From contig JAZDHZ010000034.1 in assembly GCA_043805415.1 (NCBI GenBank), forward strand, positions 101,478 to 165,477: a DNA stretch of 64,000 nucleotides, read 5' to 3'. This document shows, piece by piece, positions 59,784 to 64,000 of the stretch (its first letter is position 1; each line of letters opens with the position of its first letter). Origin of the DNA: Candidatus Omnitrophota bacterium (lineage in GTDB: Bacteria; Omnitrophota; Gorgyraeia; B26-G9). The position numbers and the translations under genes are program-made. Below the pieces are notes generated by a model. That model saw only the letters and a list, made by a program, of their open reading frames with translations. It was not told the origin of the DNA and ran no database searches.

Positions 59784-60623
59784 ATGAGAAAAATATCATC
59801 TGAATTAATTAAAAATAAAGTGACAAAACTGGCTATTGAGGCAAATACCAAATTGCGTTCAGACGTATTGGTATTGCTTAAAAAAGCATTATTAAAAGAA
59901 GACCGGGCTTTATCCAAAAAAGCGATTGCCGCGATTATTGAAAATGCCAGGATTGCTTTAAGCCGGAAATTGGCGATTTGCCAGGATACCGGCATGCCGG
60001 TAGTATTTGTCGAAATGGGAAGCAATGTTTATATTAAAGATAATATTAATCAGCTTATCACTCAAGGCATAAGCCTGGGCTATAAGCAGGGCGGCTTAAG
60101 GGCATCGATTCAAAAAGATCCGATATTCAGACAAAGTAAATTAGCTTATGACCCGATTATTACGCATATTGATATTGTAAAAGGGGATAAACTTAAAATA
60201 ACTGTTTTGCCTAAAGGATTTGGCAGCGAAAATAAAGCGCAGGTTAAAATGCTCAATCCCACTGCTTCTATCGCGGAGATTGAGGATTTTATTGTTCAGG
60301 CTGTGAAAGTTGCCGGAGCTGGAGCTTGTCCGCCTTATATTATCGGCGTGGGCATTGGCGGCACTCAGGATTATGCTTGTTTGCTGGCAAAAAAAGCATT
60401 ATTAAAACCAATTACAGCTAGAAACAGGAATAAAGAATTAGCGGGATTAGAGCAAAGCTTACTTGAAAAAATCAATAAACTTGATATCGGGCCATTTGGC
60501 TTTGGGGGTAAGGCAACCGCGCTTAAAGTAAATATTTTAACTTATCCCACGCATATAGCAGGATTGCCGGTCAGCGTTAATATCAGCTGTCATGCTTTGC
60601 GCAGCGCGAGTATTATTATTTAA
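59784..60623 (+). CDS. class I fumarate hydratase / Fe-S hydro-lyase, alpha subunit
   Basis: 'ICQDTGMPVVFVE', 'GVGIGGT'. ATG 59784 preferred over the track start at 59712. Confidence 0.85.
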   Translation: MRKISSELIKNKVTKLAIEANTKLRSDVLVLLKKALLKEDRALSKKAIAAIIENARIALSRKLAICQDTGMPVVFVEMGSNVYIKDNINQLITQGISLGYKQGGLRASIQKDPIFRQSKLAYDPIITHIDIVKGDKLKITVLPKGFGSENKAQVKMLNPTASIAEIEDFIVQAVKVAGAGACPPYIIGVGIGGTQDYACLLAKKALLKPITARNRNKELAGLEQSLLEKINKLDIGPFGFGGKATALKVNILTYPTHIAGLPVSVNISCHALRSASIII

Positions 60624-60647
60624 ATTAAAAAACTGATATAGGATAAA

Positions 60648-61178
60648 ATGAATAAATTAAATGTAAGTTTAACCAAAGAAAGCATAAAAGACCTGGTTGT
60701 CGGTCAGGAAATTCTGTACACTGGAGTTTTATATACAGCCCGCGATCAGGCGCATAAGCGTTTGATTGAGCTGATTGATACAGGTAAAAAACTCCCTTTT
60801 GATATTCAGGATAAAATAATTTATTACTGCGGTCCGACTCTTGGCCTGAAAGGCCAGATAGTGGGTTCCTGCGGGCCGACAACTTCCAGCCGCATGGATA
60901 TGTTTACTCCCAGGCTTTTGGAAAACGGATTATTAGCCACTGTGGGCAAAGGAGAGCGGTCGCTTGAGGTTATTAACGCGATCAAAAAAAACAAGTCAGT
61001 TTATTTTTCCACTTATGCCGGCTGCGGCGCGCTTTTAGCTCAATATGTGATAAAAAAACAGCTGGTTTGTTTTAAAGACTTAGGCGCGGAAGCTGTTTTC
61101 GCGTTTACGGTCAAAGATTTTCCATTAATTGTGGCCATTGATTCCAAGGGGGGTAATATTTATGCCAAGAACAGCTAA
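60648..61178 (+). CDS. class I fumarate hydratase / Fe-S hydro-lyase, beta subunit
   Basis: '[11 protein letters not shown]', 'GPTTSSRMD'. Confidence 0.85.
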   Translation: MNKLNVSLTKESIKDLVVGQEILYTGVLYTARDQAHKRLIELIDTGKKLPFDIQDKIIYYCGPTLGLKGQIVGSCGPTTSSRMDMFTPRLLENGLLATVGKGERSLEVINAIKKNKSVYFSTYAGCGALLAQYVIKKQLVCFKDLGAEAVFAFTVKDFPLIVAIDSKGGNIYAKNS

Positions 61179-61896
61179 AAAAAAGCCGGATGCTTTGCGC
61201 AAGGTTTGCATTACCCGAAATTATATGAAATATGCCGAGGGTTCCTGTTTGATTGAAGTCGGCAATACAAAAGTTATCTGCACTGCTTCGGTTGAAGATA
61301 AAGTGCCGGCTTTTTTGCGGGATAAAGGTACCGGCTGGATAACTGCCGAGTACTCAATGCTGCCCAGATCCTGTCTTACCCGCAGTCCGCGGGAATCAAG
61401 CAAAGGCAAGGTCGGCGGCCGGACGCATGAAATTCAGCGCTTGATCGGCAGATCGCTGCGCACAGTAGTTGATTTAAAAAAATTAGGAGAACGCACGATT
61501 TGGATTGATTGTGATGTTATTCAAGCAGACGGCGGCACACGCACAGCCAGTATTACCGGCAGTTTTGTCGCGCTGGTAGATGCTTTATACGCTTTGCAGA
61601 AAGCAGGCAAAATACAGTTATTTCCAGTAAAGAAATATGTCGCGGCAACTAGTGTCGGGATTGTTGCCGGAACGCCGACATTAGACCTTGATTATGAGCA
61701 GGATTCTAACGCTGATGTGGATATGAATGTTGTCATGACCTCATCCGGAGAATTCATCGAACTGCAGGGAACAGCAGAGCGCGTGCCGTTTAATCAAAAG
61801 CAGCTTATCCAATTAACCAAACTGGCGAAAAAAGGCATTGATAAACTGATCAAGCTGCAGAAAAAAGCCTTGGATGATTTACCATTTAACATATAG
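61162..61896 (+). CDS. rph: ribonuclease PH
   Basis: '[24 protein letters not shown]', '[16 protein letters not shown]', '[18 protein letters not shown]'. ATG 61162. Confidence 0.95.
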   Translation: MPRTAKKKPDALRKVCITRNYMKYAEGSCLIEVGNTKVICTASVEDKVPAFLRDKGTGWITAEYSMLPRSCLTRSPRESSKGKVGGRTHEIQRLIGRSLRTVVDLKKLGERTIWIDCDVIQADGGTRTASITGSFVALVDALYALQKAGKIQLFPVKKYVAATSVGIVAGTPTLDLDYEQDSNADVDMNVVMTSSGEFIELQGTAERVPFNQKQLIQLTKLAKKGIDKLIKLQKKALDDLPFNI

Positions 61897-61906
61897 AATA
61901 ATTATT

Positions 61907-61934
61907 AATGACAAGTTATGAATTATGAGTTTAA
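61907..61934. repeat. heptamer tandem repeat (ARTTATG-like)x4
   Basis: aatgaca agttatg aattatg agtttaa, just after the rph stop. Confidence 0.6.
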
Positions 61935-62020
61935 AAATAAAGAAGGTAAAAGTATTCAGCATATATAAAAAATTAAAAAACGCGCAAACACGATAACTCT
62001 AAAACTTTTTGTTATCAATT

Positions 62021-62048
62021 TGACTATAGACTATTAGCTATTAACTGT
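62021..62048. repeat. heptamer tandem repeat (WRACTAT-like)x4
   Basis: tgactat agactat tagctat taactgt. It shares the 10-mer CTATTAGCTA with 46791-46800. Confidence 0.65.
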
Positions 62049-62083
62049 GATCTGGCAACCGGTGAACTGGAGAACTCTTAGAA

Positions 62084-62713
62084 ATGGAAGTTATCGTATC
62101 AACGAGAAATAAAAATAAGTTTCAGGAAATAAGCAAGATCTTATCTGATGCCAAGATCAAAGCGCTTAACTTGCAAGGATTTCCGCTTGCGCCTAAAAGA
62201 ATAAAAGAAGACGGCGATACTTTTAGCGCTAATGCTTGTATCAAAGCTTTAAAAATTGCCCGCAGTACCAAGCGGTTAACCGTGGCAGATGATTCGGGTT
62301 TGGAAGTAAAATCCTTAGCCGGCGCTCCCGGGGTTTATTCCGCGAGATTTTCCGGACAAGGGGCTACCTATCAATCAAATAATACTAAATTGCTGAAACT
62401 TTTAAACCATTTGCCGAATAAAAAGGACCGCAAGGCCAGGTTTGTCTGCGCTGTGGCGATTGCCGATGCTAAGGGGATTATTGCTGTAGTCGAAGGAATT
62501 TGCCCTGGCTATATCGCTCTGGAAGAAAAAGGGACAAAAGGATTTGGCTATGATCCATTGTTTGAAGTCAGCCGATATAAAAAAACATTCGCTCAATTGA
62601 GTCCTAAGCTTAAAAACCAAATAAGCCATCGGGCAAAAGCGTTTGCCAAAGCAAAAAAAGTTGTTCTGAGATATATCAATAAAGCTCAAAGAACAAATAA
62701 AATTTTTACTTAG
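62084..62713 (+). CDS. rdgB: dITP/XTP pyrophosphatase (RdgB/HAM1)
   Basis: 'VSTRNKNKFQEI', 'DDSGLEV', 'GFGYDPLF', 'SHRAKA'. Conserved rph-rdgB pairing. Confidence 0.9.
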   Translation: MEVIVSTRNKNKFQEISKILSDAKIKALNLQGFPLAPKRIKEDGDTFSANACIKALKIARSTKRLTVADDSGLEVKSLAGAPGVYSARFSGQGATYQSNNTKLLKLLNHLPNKKDRKARFVCAVAIADAKGIIAVVEGICPGYIALEEKGTKGFGYDPLFEVSRYKKTFAQLSPKLKNQISHRAKAFAKAKKVVLRYINKAQRTNKIFT

Positions 62714-62730
62714 TCTGGAAAGGTGATTTC

Positions 62731-64000
62731 ATGAAACTGTATTACCGCTTATTAAAAAACTTTATTGGGCCGCACTTATTCACATTGGGGCTTTCGGTGC
62801 TGTTTATGTTTTTATCAGCTATTTTTGACAGCGCGTCCTTAACTATGCTCGTTCCTTTAAGTGATAAAGTTCTTGGACAAAATAAGATTGTTTTTGATAA
62901 GCCGCTGCCGGAGTTTTTGGCAAAAATTGTTGAACAGATAAATGAAACTCCTCCTTTAGAAATGCTGAATATAATTGTAGTTATAATTCTAGTGGTATTT
63001 ATCTTAAAGGGAATATTTTCTTTTGGCCGGACATATTTAGTAACTAAATTAAGTCAATTGGTTATTCGGGATATTAGAGATACGATTTACCGAAAAATAC
63101 AGAATTTTTCTCTGGATTATTTTACCCAAAGCGTTACCGGGCATTTGGTTTCCCGGATTACTTATGATGTTGATATTTTAAAAGGCACAATATCCGTTGG
63201 CTTGACAATGATCTACAATTGCCTGACCATGGTTTTTTTGGCAGCGATTGTATTTTATATAAATTGGAAATGGGCGCTGATGTCCGTGGCGCTTGTGCCT
63301 TTAGTTGCTTGGCCAATTGTTAGCATCGGACGGATGATAAAGAAAATCAGTACGCAAGCGCAGGAAAAAATGGGAGATTTAAATCGGAAATTATTTGAAA
63401 CAATTTCCGGAGTGAGAATTGTAAAAGCTTTTTCCATGGAAGATAAGGAAATTATTAAAGTCGGTAATCATAATCTTTCTTTTTATAAAATAATGATGAG
63501 ACTGGAAAAAAGGTCTCAAATCCTTGGGCCGTTTACTGAATTTATCGGTGCCTGTGGCGGTCTGGCTTTTCTTTATTATGGAGGCAGGAGTGTTATTAAC
63601 GGCAATATGTCTTTTGGAATTTTTGTGCTTTTTCTTACTGCTTTATTGTCATTAATTAAGCCGTTTAGGCGATTAAGTGAAATCCACAGCATAAATCAAC
63701 AGGGCTTGGCAGCGGCAAAAAGGGTTTTTGATGTTTTAGATTCGCCGATAAAAGTAGCGGAAGCTAAAAACGCGATCAAATTGCCGGGGTTTAAAAAGGA
63801 TTTGGTGTTTACCAACGTGAGTTTTGGTTATGACGAAACAATGATTTTAAATCAGATTAATTTAACCGTAAGCAAAGGTGATATTATTGGCTTGGTGGGA
63901 GCCAGCGGTGTGGGAAAAACTACTTTAGTTAATTTAATCCCCAGATTCTATGACCCGACTCAAGGTTCAATAAAGCTGGATGGAATAGACATAAAGGATG
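62731..64000 (+). CDS. ABC transporter permease/ATPase (MsbA-like), 3' end outside the window
   Basis: My own translation from ATG 62731 gives 'MKLYYRLLKNFIGPHLFTLGLSVLFMF...' through to Walker A 'LVGASGVGKTTLVNLIPRFYDP' at the window edge. It is not in the ORF track because no stop is reached. Confidence 0.85.
   Translation, partial: MKLYYRLLKNFIGPHLFTLGLSVLFMFLSAIFDSASLTMLVPLSDKVLGQNKIVFDKPLPEFLAKIVEQINETPPLEMLNIIVVIILVVFILKGIFSFGRTYLVTKLSQLVIRDIRDTIYRKIQNFSLDYFTQSVTGHLVSRITYDVDILKGTISVGLTMIYNCLTMVFLAAIVFYINWKWALMSVALVPLVAWPIVSIGRMIKKISTQAQEKMGDLNRKLFETISGVRIVKAFSMEDKEIIKVGNHNLSFYKIMMRLEKRSQILGPFTEFIGACGGLAFLYYGGRSVINGNMSFGIFVLFLTALLSLIKPFRRLSEIHSINQQGLAAAKRVFDVLDSPIKVAEAKNAIKLPGFKKDLVFTNVSFGYDETMILNQINLTVSKGDIIGLVGASGVGKTTLVNLIPRFYDPTQGSIKLDGIDIKD

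Overview
AT-rich bacterial chromosome segment. My hand counts give about 35% GC on typical lines. Almost every gene is on the + strand, and I cannot place the lineage from sequence alone.

Recognisable housekeeping genes: rsgA, smc, hemW, tRNA-Leu(GAG), smpB plus tmRNA, a cell-wall amidase, murI, queD-queC-queE-queF, a two-subunit class I fumarate hydratase, rph-rdgB, and a 3'-truncated MsbA-like ABC exporter.

Main finding: at least nine otherwise unrelated ORFs (250 to 2,979 aa) are scattered among these genes and share a two-part terminal signature.
- N-terminus: a Sec-type leader ending in ...FAWA/CFA, followed by a conserved box of the form 'TLSPxLxI....Q..F'.
- Extreme C-terminus: polar-[A/S]-[I/V]-stop (GQAI, GQAI, GQSI, EQAI, QEAI, EHSI, LNSI, DASI, DGSV).
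- No other complete ORF in the window has either mark.
- The cargo between the termini is mostly enzymatic: GH77 4-alpha-glucanotransferase, a GH13-like amylase with tandem starch-binding-like modules, GNAT, SAM methyltransferase, a PARP-like ART motif plus nucleotidyltransferase, and a kinase-like fold.
- The 2,979-aa member is a mosaic of SLT, HExxH, P-loop, HD, cNMP-binding and GGDEF domains.
- I read this as a candidate undescribed sorting or effector system. That interpretation is inference.

Other notable items:
- Two paralogous structured 5'-leader RNA elements with compensatory stem changes and a conserved unpaired CCCCUACUUCCCC.
- An SMC hinge carrying a CBM48-type glycogen-binding insert.
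- A conserved terminator-like repeat present three times downstream of tmRNA.
- Tandem repeats with 7-nt periodicity in intergenic spacers.
- A GAF-GGDEF gene broken by one in-frame TAA.
- A GC-rich rsgA whose composition boundary lies inside the ORF.
- A class D beta-lactamase remnant.
- A G9 tract at a ribosome-binding site.

No CRISPR array, transposase, integrase or rRNA was seen.
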